Notes under the pieces: model-generated
Databases searched by the model: none
What the model saw: only the letters and a program-made list of their open reading frames with translations
What the model was told of the DNA's origin: nothing
Translations under genes and position numbers: made by a program
In this document: in pieces, positions 1-13,000 of the stretch
Layout of the letters: every line of letters begins with the position of its first letter
Position numbering within the stretch: position 1 is the stretch's first letter
DNA from: Balanoglossus misakiensis
Lineage: Eukaryota > Animalia > Hemichordata
NCBI GenBank assembly: GCA_040954595.2
Contig: CM082592.2
Span: 4,728,735 to 4,792,734, forward strand
Direction: 5' to 3'
Length of the DNA stretch: 64,000 nt

Positions 1-97
1 AAGTGCAAGAATGTCAATATGATATATATATGTATATATAACAGCTCGAGGAAATGACCAAAATCCATTCAATTTCCTTTGCAACAGCCCCTTCTAA

Positions 98-413
98 TTA
101 AAGGGACAAAGTCTCTCTCTCACTGGCTTTTTCCCATTAATTATGTTTGATACAAGACACTTTTTATGTTATTCTACATGTGGATATATAGTGATTCAAC
201 ATTCGACCACACGCGACTACCATCCCGTTTGTAGACACGAGAGTGAAAAACTCGCCAAAATGAATAATCAGTCTCTACCTTTGGCGAGATTTTTACTCTC
301 ATATCCTGCAAACGGGATAGAAGTTGTGTGTGGTCGATCATTGATTCACTATATATTCACATGTAGAATAACATTAAACAGTGTCTTGTATCAAACGTAA
401 TTGATGGAAAAAG
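98..413. mobile_element. Foldback MITE, Kolobok-like (TTAA|AGGGAC left terminus), right end truncated
   Basis: Long imperfect inverted repeat (~126-212 versus ~325-413). A related partial copy at ~32365-32563 ends in ...GAGAGACTTTGTCCCT|TTAA. Confidence 0.7.
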
Positions 414-1084
414 CATGTAGTTATGATGCTTTGTCAGAGAAGGTGTGTGTTTGATCGGTCTGACGCAATGAAACTTTAAGCTGTTTTGAAAATTGGCCAT
501 GAGATGGGTATAAACACAGTGAACCGTGAATGTACATCATGAACACCGATCAAGGCAATTATGGTGGTTTTCAGATGAGAAGGAATATTGCGAGATGGAA
601 ATCAATGGGAGGTTGACATCTTCAATGCTCTGCTATTTTATAATACTGTGTTGCCAGCTGTAATGTGTGTGACAATTTACAGTGCGCCCCAAAAGATTCT
701 TCAAACCTTCATCTGATATTGCTGCTAGCGTTCTACATTTTTTTCTTCTTAAATCATGTGAATCTTTTATTGATATGGAGGTTTGATTTTTCTCTGTGTG
801 TTCGCAAATGTCAAAAGTACCGTTTCTAACAATCAATTCACACAGTCCTTCAAAAGGCATTGTGCGGTGGTAGCAAATGGTTTTGAAGTACTTATATGCC
901 AGCAGTTTTGAATCATCCATTTCTGAAGAAAGAAATATTTCTGTGTTCACGTCGTTGCAGGAGAAATCCTTGAAGATGCATTAGTGCGTCGCAAATTAAC
1001 CGAAAGTGGGTTTCTTTCAATGAGTTAAAATGTCATACTGGAAAAAAACATTTTGACAATTGTGTTTTCCTTTTTTTCCCCCAG

Positions 1085-4000
1085 TTCAATGACAGTACGC
1101 TGTACCTTGAAGACTGCTTCAATGACACTCTTGTTCAAGCCAATTCTGACAACAAAAATGTAAGTATGTGGTAAGATTGACACTTTGTGTTCATCATCTT
1201 ACAGTTGGTTGGTCAGGGGGGGGGGGAAGGAAGCCTCTGTCAGAGCTACATTTCATGATAAAACTGAATTGTTTTGCTTCTGTTTTTGCAGCTTGTCAGA
1301 CAAAATTTGGATAATATCAATCCGAAAAACATTGCTGACATCGCAGGAGCTTTGGAAAAAGCTTTTCAGCTTCTAGAGAAGGTAAGCCTATACACAGTGT
1401 ATATGATTGCCATAAGGCAGTGTGCTGTCCTAAGAACAGACAAGATGGCGGCGACCATAGTCTGTGTCGGAGATCAGGAAAACACAGCAAATTGGATGAA
1501 AAGAAGGGACAAAACTCAAAGTCTATACTTGTATGGCATGCATGAAATATGGAAGGAAGCGAAGACTGCAGTCCACTAGTCGAATGCGTCGAATGCAAAA
1601 TTTGCAGAACGTGCAGAATTATGTGTATGCATAAGACGATTGTCAGCCTTTAATTATTGATTTGAGAAGTGCCACATGCAGCTTGCATCAGTAAAACAGT
1701 TTCAGCTCAATATTACCACAGATCCATATCACTCATAGTTTATCAATATACCACAAATGGTGCTATACAGTGTATACTCTGCCATTTATATTCAGCAAAA
1801 CACATGTTTTGTCATCATTATTTCCTTATTGCGTGACAGGGTTCACACATTCCTGGAAAGTCCTTCCTACCTGCAGAGTCTTGTCCTATTTTTATGCCAT
1901 TTTTACCCACAGTTCACTGCTTCTGACAATGCGGTGTGATCTTTACCCATAGTGCATTTTGTTCTTATCCGTAGTTCAACACTACCAACAGAGGGGCTGG
2001 GTGCAACGAAGCCATCATGTTGATCACCGATGGGGCTACTGAGGACTATGCTTCTCTGTTCGCCAAGTACAACCCTGATAAACATGTAAGATGACCATTA
2101 CCTGTCCGAGACACAAGTTTGACAGAATTAAATTAGCTGTAACTTTTCACCATGATTTCAGTATTTTTTCTTTTGAGTATCTACTGAAGCATCAGATGAA
2201 ATGCCCAGTATCCAGTCTATTAACACAACTTATAAATATATAGTCCGCATTGTTATTGTCTCAAAATAAATAAGTCGTTTTCCTTGGAAAATGTCAACCC
2301 ACCCTGAGAATACAACTGAAAATTATGATCTTTTTGTCGTATCAGGTGCGATTGTTTACCTATGTCATTGGAAGGGAAGTGGACTATTCGGAAAAAGTGC
2401 GTGTCATGGCTTGTCAAAACAAAGGTAAGAAAATCAAAGACTGTAAATTTCATCCGTGAAAAATAAGACAACATCCAGTGTTCTTTAAAAAGTCAGTGGA
2501 ATGCCCTCGATACTAATCTGGAATCCACTGAACAGTTCATGATTTTACTCACATCAAATGTTTTCTAAATCTGAGTTTTATATGGTACTACTTTCTCGAT
2601 AGGGTATTTCACACAGATTAAAACCATTGCAGATGTGCAGGAAAATGTCTCGGTAAGTATCAGTGCTTGGCCTTTTGTAATTGTTATTTTGTGCATCCCA
2701 ATATTTCTTTTGAAAATCTCCCACGATCTGGACACAGGTACCACTAAACTTTAAATACATACCAGTTGGTGCAAGTCTGCCCAGCTTGTATATGGTAGAT
2801 TGTTCACGTGTGATTTGTAAATTCGCACAGGGCTGCCACTGATTACAAATATAGAAAAAAATTAAGCAAAAATAAATTTACCTAATGATTTAAAAAAAAT
2901 CACTATAACATAACAATTTAGTGTACATTAATTACCCTTTCATCCATCTTCCTCAGAGACATTAAACATAGTGTGATACAGAAAGCAATGTGACACATTA
3001 CAATATTAAATCTGCACTGTTCACTTTTTTGTGGGAAGGGGGGGGGGGGTTCACTTCTGTTGCCTGACCTTTTACCAGGAGAAATACCATACTTTTATTA
3101 TTTTTCATTTCTATCCTTTTCTCACTTTTTATTAAAAACAGAAATACATCCACGTACTGAGTCGTCCCATGGTCATCAAGCAAGTTCACGACACTGTGTG
3201 GACCAACGTTTACATGGACCAGGCGGTAAATGAGGTTCTTTGTCCTGTTCTCTTTTCTGTTGTACACTTTGAATCATATTGAGCACATGGTAGAGGGTCC
3301 AGCCCGAGTGAAAAAACAACTGAAATTACTATTTATATTGTCCAGTAATTGTCTTAACTGGGATATTTTTGATTACCATAGCAACGAGTTTCGTTCAAAT
3401 CGAAAATTGTAACCGGAACTGAAAATCCTGCGTTTTTGACGTGGCAGTGTACGGTATTCATTTCTCAGAGGGTTGTGTCGGCCATCTACAGATCACTGGT
3501 TGCAAGACAGACATATCTATAATCTAGATTACCTTTAATAAATAACAATTCTATTTTAATTAATTACCTCTTTATGTGCGTATTTAGAGTCTATAACTTC
3601 TATAAAAATTATCTTTCTTAAATAAGTATCTTTTTTATCCCCCGAAATCACTGGTGCTGTACTGACACTTTTTCCCAGTTGCAGTATCTTTTTGTCTCTT
3701 TCTGGATTCTTTGAGCAAGCACCTTTTTTCCCGAAAAAACCCTCGTAATTTTAACAGTCACATGTCCAAGTTACGAAAAGCTGTATATTGTGTTTGTTCA
3801 AAGCATCCAGTTAATAGAACAGCGTTGAAGCGTATGCTGGAAAAGGAGGTAGGAATCCAATTTCTTCCACCAGAAAAAAAAAATGTTTACAGCATTCCAT
3901 TCATGACCATTTTTATACCTCCATCATTTATGATTTTTTTTCTCTCTCTTTCTCGCTCTTTCGTCACTGAAATCTCCCCTATATCCCTCCCAGCATCATT

Positions 4001-7000
4001 TATATTGACTTGCCACCAGTGTTCCATATACATATACATATCATTTCTCCTGGATATGGAAAAGCATCTTTATGTGTGCCACAATATGATACAGATGTGT
4101 ATACATTTCCACGTTTTCTTCTCGTCGTTTGAGGTCGTAATGCATGCAATCTGTCGAGAATGACCACAGAAAAAAATACAAGCAAGATATCGCATGTTTC
4201 AATCTTGCATGTCTGAAGAACGTTTAAAAAATAAAAACGTAACCCTGAATTAACGTCGATCTAATCAGTAATGATCATGTACGCCAGTTTCATTATTCAT
4301 ACATTCATGTAAAAATGACTAATTTTCATGGATTGTTCACCATGTCTCACGTCAGTGTTTTTGACGTCGTACATGGAGCATGATAAAAACCGTGCATGGT
4401 AACCAAAATAACACAAAAAAGTAAGATTCTCGCAAGTGTTGCCATGAAACCTTCACTCTATCTTGACCATTGTCATGTGTACTCTGTACATGGAGTCGTA
4501 TACTCAGTGAATGCTGTACGGTCTGGTGAGGTATACTTTTTTAAGTATTTGCATGCCCTACTGAAGTGCAATGACATGTACACCCTGGGTGGAACTCGTC
4601 TGTCATCATTGTCTGTGCATGCATAATCCAGGCCACCTTGATACCTGGATCATGTGTTTTCAAGTTGGTATCACGTGACTGTCACATGACCACTCCATCA
4701 TTGCATACGTCATTATTCATTCTCTTCTTTATCTTGTCCACTTGTCATCTTAAGTCTGCAGATGTGAGTGTTTTTTGGGGTGATATTTTACATTAGATGT
4801 GTGAAAGTCGCAATCATGTATCAGCTAGTGTATTTTAGTACCCAAATGACTTACCCCGTTATTAATGTTCTGTCTTTATGTCAAATCTGTAGTCTTGAGT
4901 TCGTGTGATTTTATATGTCAGTCGTCGTGCAGTTACTAATATACATGCACATGTTGTGTTTTTATCCAAAAATTACAGTCTCGTAACCTCTTGTCTGCGA
5001 CTCGCTATGCTACGAGCCAAATAAGCAATTAACAATTTTCGTCTAAAATTGCAAACTTTGATGCAATCCCATATGTAGCATGTCTTTAATTCCCCAATAC
5101 AGCATCTAATAGTGTGCTGCGTATCTGCTGCAACTATGTAGGCAAGACAAAAGTAACGACCCTGCAAAAATAGCTTCAATCTTAACACACAAAACACAAA
5201 ATTTAGACTTCTCAAAATCAGCTACAAGCTATAAACAAACAAACAATATGAAATTGCGATCCTGTCCGGACAGTGTCTTGAACATCTAGAGTACAATTCA
5301 CAAGCAGGTAAACACAGCCAAGATGGATATAAGAGAACAGATTGCATTTTTTCTCACGGTTAACCAGGGGACACTTTTATTGACTCGGTTTTCAAACTAA
5401 TAGCAAACTCTTCTAACTCTTTCCATTGACATTATTTCCTGGACAGCGGGTAACTGTACATATCACATTTCTACTACGTCTTTATCATCTCCTTTTCGGA
5501 TCAACTTTTTTTGATGTCACATCTGCACTTTTATTATAAAAGAAAACATCTCACATATGCCGTTCTATCTCGCATTTTTTACTTGGATTGCACACTCATT
5601 TTTCTCACATTTTTTCATATCACATCTTTCCTAATATCAAATTCAAATTCACGTATTAAACAGAAATGCTCCATTAGATCTTCGGTGAGATGAGGTTTCA
5701 GTTTTTAAAATGCATTCATGTCCTCTGGAGATGTTTTTTTTATCAAAACATGAGCAGGTAGTAACACTGCCAACAGCTGGAAGTTTACAAGTATTGTGAC
5801 ATTGGCTTTCAAAATTTTATTTTGCCCATGATAGACAGAAACTTAGTTTCAAATGTCTAAAACAAGATTCAGTATTACAACTTACAAGAACAAAATGTCA
5901 TTGAATGCATTTCATTAACTGACATAATCCAAACTAAAAAACCCCAAAACAAACAAACAAGCGAACAAAAACAAGATATTCAGTCAGTCTCCTAGGTTAC
6001 CATTTGTAAAGTGACAGCACATTGCATTACATTATTTCAAATCACGATAAAATTTACTTTGCATGGAGTTTTTATGCCATTGATTATCATCACACTATAA
6101 GGTAAAGAATTGGTGTCCTTAATTAAGCTGGCTATAGCTTGCGTGCTTGCTTCACTATTGTGTTGTATATATCCATGTACAATCACAGCTGCTCTATAAC
6201 AATTACATCACCATATATATATTTTAATTTTAATTATCATAACTTTATTATTAAATTAAAATATAAAATAGTGTTACCATGGTTACATGTAGAAGTGTTA
6301 AAAATAAGCAGAAAGATGATACAAAAGTTGAAATAATTTTTAACACATTTGAACACATGAAATGGATATTTAAATAATTTGTAAATGTCTGATGTTTCTG
6401 TCTATCGACTGTTATTTCTTATACTGTGAGTTCTGAGAACAGATTCATAAAATGGAAAAAAAAGCAACTACTGCCTAAGTGATATCATTGTAATTTTAAA
6501 TTCTAATTGTGACTGGGTTTCCCATTGCAGGGCCTGGCGCTGATGACGACTGTTGCACAGCCAGTGTTTGATAAGAGAAATCAAACGGTAAGTGAATTCA
6601 TTGACTGACAAAATGAAATATTAAAACATGGTGAGTTAAAAGTGAACTACATATTAAGTGAATTCATTGACTATCAATTAAATGAAAAAAAAATGTTATG
6701 ACAGGTTAACGGATGAACTAGTCCATATAGTAAGTGATTGACTAACAAAATGAAATAATACAACATGATGAGTTGACATATTAACTAGAACATCTTGCAT
6801 TCATTGACTTGCATTGAGATGAGAGAAGAAAGAGAAGCAACATGTAAATGTATACTCTAAAACGATGATGTTCTCATGTTAAGAATGTAACTCATTTTTG
6901 TAGCTTGACCAAGGAATTCTGCTGGGCGTAGTTGGAGTGGATGTGCCTGTATTTGAACTTTTGAAATTGACTCCACCATACATGGTAAGTGAGGCCAGGA

Positions 7001-10000
7001 GACTTTATTCTAATATATCCTGACAGTGATCAAGACTATAGTAATACATATACATGTACTATCCTTATGGGGGAAACAGTCACACATGGCCAGTTATATG
7101 GTGTGGCCAACAAACCACCTCAAAAGATGGCACTGTAATTGTTATTTTTCGACTTGTTTTTCGAACCTGGTGTAAATGTACACGTAGATGGCAGTTGTAT
7201 ATTTTCAATTAAACACCTTGAATACTTCTGTGGTTATTATTAAAACTTTGAATATTTTAACTTTTGTGTTTTCAGCTCGGAGTCAACGGTTATTCATTTG
7301 CTGTCACCAACAACGGATACCTCCTCTTCCACCCTGACCTTCGACCTCTGTACGGCCCGGACAACAGCCTTAAAACAAACTACAACAGCGTCGATTTGGC
7401 AGAAGTGGAACTGTCTGATGAAGAAGACGAAGTAAGTGCCAGTCTTTACTTTTCATCTTTCACCACCTAATTCGAAAATGTCTAAACCTGTATAAACCGA
7501 ACAGCTTTCACATAGATTAGAACCTCATACCGGTATGTTAAAAGAACTTCTGCAAACCGAACACTTTCTTCAGTTCCTTAGGCATGTGGTACTGCTATTT
7601 GAGTTCAAAATCCCCTTCCCTCCTCTACACAAAAGTTTAGAAAATTAATGCAAGATGCATGCCTCTGGTTTGCAAAGTGATTCACCCTATGTTCAACCAA
7701 GCATGTGTTAAAACATCAGTTTAAGAAAGAAAAATCACCAAAATTATATCAAAATGTAGTGACTGTCAACACCCCATTGTTTAATGAGAAAAGTTTATTA
7801 AATTTCAGAATATCACATTACTTTGTAATAAAAGTAGTGCACCTCATAATCTCGATTTTCCTTCTTTTTTCTGCCCAATTTTTGCACTTGATCCCGCATG
7901 TGCCGCTTGCTGGTGAACGCTGCAGTACTATGACACGAACGCTAACTCCACATTTCACTATAGCACTCACGAGGGTAGTAATCACACCCTGGTTGCCGAG
8001 GCAACCAGCGTGGGTGGCCTTGTCACCGGACTATCTACCCCCGCCATTGAGCCGACCGCCCTTAGTGACCACATTGAAATCTACCGCACTCGATATTCTG
8101 ACGAAGCTGACTACGAAATGAAGGTGATCGATGACGAGAGCGATTTGTCTGTGAACTAACAAAGATTGTCGATCTGAAAAAAAACAGTAACCTCTAAAAC
8201 CTAACACACCATTAACCCTTTCACCCCCAGTTCCATCTACAGAGGTCCGACTATAATATAGAAAACAATGCATTTGGACCAAACTATTGTGGTGAAAGGG
8301 TTAAGATTGCGTGCTGTGCGAGTTTAACATCTGTAACCCTGTCACCCCTACTGTGGGGTACATTGTACCAACCACACCATTGAATACAATGTGGCCGTAC
8401 CAACCTGTTGTTGTGAAAAGGTTGATGTCATAAACATACTAACATGTTTTAATTGTGATTATAATGAAATCACTGTGTGATTAATTTGTGTGTGACATCA
8501 AGTGTTAATAATAATAGTCATGGAATCAGATGATTATGTTAGAAATTACCATCATTTTCACAAGGGAATCATTAAAATGAACGTGTATTACAGTTAGTAA
8601 GAACGTTCTGCAATAAAAATAGACCACAATGCTTTTATTGAGCCAAACAGTAAGTGAATGTGTGTCTAACAGGTAGAGAACGTTTTTGGCGTTTCCTGTT
8701 AACACTCTAGAAGTACAAGGGACAAGAAATATATAAGATGTCAATGTGTGTATATATAGTTGGAAAGTCTAAACCCTTCTTTCTTGTGTCTTGATCGCAT
8801 CTAATATTCTGTTAAGATGGGTCCCTAGGATCTTTTTGCTCGTTGCTATGGGCCTTTATAGGACACTACACTCAATTTTGATCGAAACCGTTATGAACGT
8901 CCGACAAGGGGCTTGTAACTAGTTAAAACAACGGGCAAAAAGATCCTAGGGACCCATCTTAAGTGTGGTTACCTTTAATGGTTTGCTTGTTTAACATCTA
9001 ACTTGAATAATTGCTGTGTTCCAGTCCTTCATCTTTGGAATGCCAGTGTACTAAGGGAGATTCTGTCAACAACCACCTAACTGGCAAATCATTCTCATTC
9101 TACGACGTTTTCATATGCATGTACATTTTACAAAAAAAGTCTGAAAAACAGATTGTGTCCATTAATTTTAAATTGACCACATGACTTTTACAGATCGCCA
9201 GCTACATCATGTTTTCAACATTGAGTAGTCAGTGGGTTGTCTATATATGGTGGCCAAGACTACTTTGTACATGTACTGACATGTATGGACCCATGCACAT
9301 GTGCATCGTGTGTGTATATAGGTGTATATGGTACATTATACATACCAAACGAACAGCTTTTCTGATTATTTCTTTTACTGTTTGATTGACAGCTACGCAC
9401 GGCTATGGTTAACAGGACAACAGGCAGCCTGACCATGGAAGTCAAACTCCATCTGTCGAATTTGGTGAGAGGATAAATTGTTCTTGCATCTAGCACTGTG
9501 AAAACATCATCAGCTCCCTGTAGCTTTCATTGAATGACAAGGTTAAAATTAAGCCACTTTGAAAAACCAGTCTATAATACAGCACAACAAAAACATTCAT
9601 ATTTTTCAGAAAATAATCACCGGTACTTTCAAATGGTTTTGCCTATACAAGCATATTTGTACAGGGAATTCACATCCTCAGATTTCTACATTTTGTTGAC
9701 ATGCAAAAATGGTTGTTATTTTTCTACATACAGTCCACTCTAATTCTGGGTTCTAACCTCGTCTGTGTTTGCTTTCAGAAACGGGCTACAACAAGAAGCC
9801 ACAGTTACTACTACACTGATTTGGAGAAAACGCCATTCAGGTAATTTCGACTCAGATTTAGAGTCAGCTGGGTGATGACAATGATATCTCCCACCAGCCT
9901 GCTGCCTCACTTGCATTGTACCAGCAGATTATAAACTTGCATTTATTGGAGTTATTTAACGCATATAGCAACAGCCCTATCTTCTTTGACTCTGTATTGT

Positions 10001-13000
10001 ATTTTTAATTTACAGTCTCGGTATTGTATTGGTCAATGAGTATGGGCAGTATTACATCAAACCAGATGTCAACTTGGAAGAAGGTAAGGTAGAATACATG
10101 CAGATAGGCCACTTTCATCACCCCTGAGTGACCTTACATCCTGGTATTTTCTTAGTATGACATCATACCATTCAACATTACCGTACATAAAACAGTCATT
10201 CCTTTGTAAAAGACAAACTTCAATCTTTTCATTCTAGGATGAGTTTAAATGAACAAATTCAATACATGTAGTATGATTATGGCTAATCTGGAGTGTAAAC
10301 TCAAAAACGGTAAACTCTTACCAGTAAAATGATATTGTTGTATGCAAAATGACTAAATTTCCGATATATGCTTTGAATTTTTTTGCCGCAGGATTGGAGA
10401 AAATAACTAAGGGGAATGTAACCCTACCGAACGGTGGCCCATGGTAAGACTATCTTTAAAGAGCATATCTTGCCTTTTTAAATCTTATCAGAAGGTTAAA
10501 AAATGTTCAAAAGAAATGTACTATTTTCCAAAAGTGACAATATTTTTCGGGTATCGATTTCTATAATATTTGTCTTGTTCTCATAAAATGCTTCAAAATC
10601 CACCCCGTCCTGAAAAGTCCGAGTTCAGATTTGCTGCATTTTGGTCACGTGACGTGACGTCACAAGAGGAACCGGTCAGGTAGACCAGCTTTAGCGATGC
10701 TCACAGGTGTCATACGGTGTTTTCGTGCTTTTCTGTGTAATACCACTATGGGAAAGGGAGTTGTTTGCCGTGGTTGCATCAACACATTACCTAGACGGGA
10801 GTCACCCGTGTGAGTTCCACAAAAACGAATGAAAGTCTATGCCACGATCATCAACATCGTACGATGTATATGAAGCCGGCGCGGTGCCGGTGACGGCCGT
10901 GGCGGTAACTGTCAATGCATGACCGTTGAACGATAATCGGCCAGGTTCGAATCACGAGAAGATAATCCCCACCCATACAGGAAAATAGAAGCCTGTCAGC
11001 AGGAGAGGTCGACCAACAGATCGTTTATACCCGGTATTGGTGTTCATACAATGTTCCAGCGACCGCGATTTACACAGTACTGTAGACAAGTAGTAGTAGG
11101 TGAACTGGCAGGATGCGTAAACACAATTTTGCGTTGGCCGACATCATGTTGAGATTGTTTATTATTATTCACGCTTCCGTCTGGCTAACCGGTACCCAGT
11201 GACCGCAAACTACGATAATTAAGGTTGACAGCAATCGATGTAAAAACTTGAACGTTCAAAATATTACCGTTACTATTTCACGTTATTTTTCAGTCATACC
11301 TTTGTATGGCTTCGGCTGAATGGTCGCCATCTTTCTTTTCTAATTTCTTTGTTTACAAGTTTTACGTCGCGCTATGTCCGACTCATCGGCTCCAAAACAC
11401 ACTGTACAAATTTTGAAACAAAATGTGTTGAATAAATTTTGCCTCGTGTGAGTGAAAACTGTTTCCAAACTTAGATATTCGTGTGTATCAATGAAAATGT
11501 TTCATGCTTTGTGAGCGTGAGTGGGTCGGCCTGGCATGATCGCCTGTTGCTGTTGGTTGTATGGTTTCATTTTGTTATAATGCAGTATGAAGCATGTCAA
11601 GGAACTTCCATGATTACAGCGACAAGTCATAAATGTTTCTGTTTGTCATCACCAAAAAGGCATAGCTTACATGTAATTCAAAAGACAGAATTTTAGTGCT
11701 GGTAGTAAATATACATCGCGGCGCGATATGTGTCATCGCTGCCGATCGGCGCTGATGGAGTTCCCTTGACCTTGTACAATAACACACACGTATTTTGTCT
11801 GTTGAGGCAGTCATCGAAAATCGCCAAAAGACCACGATCAGTTATCAATAAGTTGACATTGTCCAAGATAAGTAGATTTAGTCCCAACACTCTAGACCTA
11901 AACCTCTGGGCAATATTCGACGGTTTAATCGAGGCAGCAATCATTGTACATGTGTAAGGTGCCTATACACATCCGCTGCCATTGCATGTTGTGCACTGCT
12001 TGCAATGCGAAGCCGTAGCCTAACCGGGCCGAGTTTTTTTTTTCATAATCGCATCTCCCCTAGATGATAAGGTAGACATATGTACGTTTAATTTGAAGGG
12101 TACGGGGGATACAGAGTTGTACCCAGGCTGACACAGCAAAGCCGTTTACATCACAGGCATGTATGGTTGCAATTCAACCACTGCAATGTACAGTGCTAAG
12201 TCTGTTGCAAACGTAAATGGGTTCCTCTTGTGACGTCACGGAAATGGGCGTGGCCAAAACAGAACTTTTTTCTCAGGCCCTGAACATTTTTAAATTTAAC
12301 ATTTATTTATCCATATGAAATAAGTAAAAGGACACCAGCATTTAACACACAAGCCCAATTATTATTTATCCTCAAAAGTGTGTTTCGAGGTAAGATAGGC
12401 TCTTTAAACTCTTCCTTGCTTGATTTTTCAGGGTCCACACAGTTTCTGCAGTGTCATGCAATTTTTATTGAGTTGTGGAAAAAATCTGTCCATAGCCAGT
12501 ATGTCTTCTGGTCATGATATGGCAAAACTATACAGATGTTATTGCAATAATTTCAGATGTATGCACATTTGTCTCAAAATGTTACTTTTCTTGATCAAAA
12601 ATTCTCCTCAAAATGCTAAAGCACCAGAAAAATACCTTATATTGGATTTACAGTGGGACTATAGTCATGAACCATATTTTGCCCCATTTGCATATATCAT
12701 CCATTTACTCCGATAAATAGATAACAGGGTTTGTACGCTCCTGAGGAAAATCATGGAAAATGACAATTTACTCTGGGGAAAGTCATGGAAAACTGATCAG
12801 ATTCCCTTTATCTGTGATAAAATGATCATTGTGACAGATTTTTAATGCAATTACTGTATAATCACACCTAGAAAGTAGCAATTATGACCTGAAGTACCCC
12901 TGGCAAACTATTTAAAAGACAGGAAAGTAGTGGAAATTTAATTATAAGACTTTGACCATAATGAAGTCTGAAACTGTGACAGCTGATTTAATGGAGCAGA

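Noticed and set aside
3284-3289. Possible 6-nt microexon CACATG
   Set aside because: Weak GAG acceptor, weak gtagag donor and only a 58-nt upstream intron.
3711-4163. 150-aa ORF or additional alpha2-delta exon in a pyrimidine-rich zone
   Set aside because: The first acceptor (3993) leads to a stop after 4 codons and no convincing donor follows.
7705-8121. 138-aa ORF from the track
   Set aside because: Wrong frame relative to the splice-compatible candidate exon 7926-8123, non-ATG start, no homology recognised.
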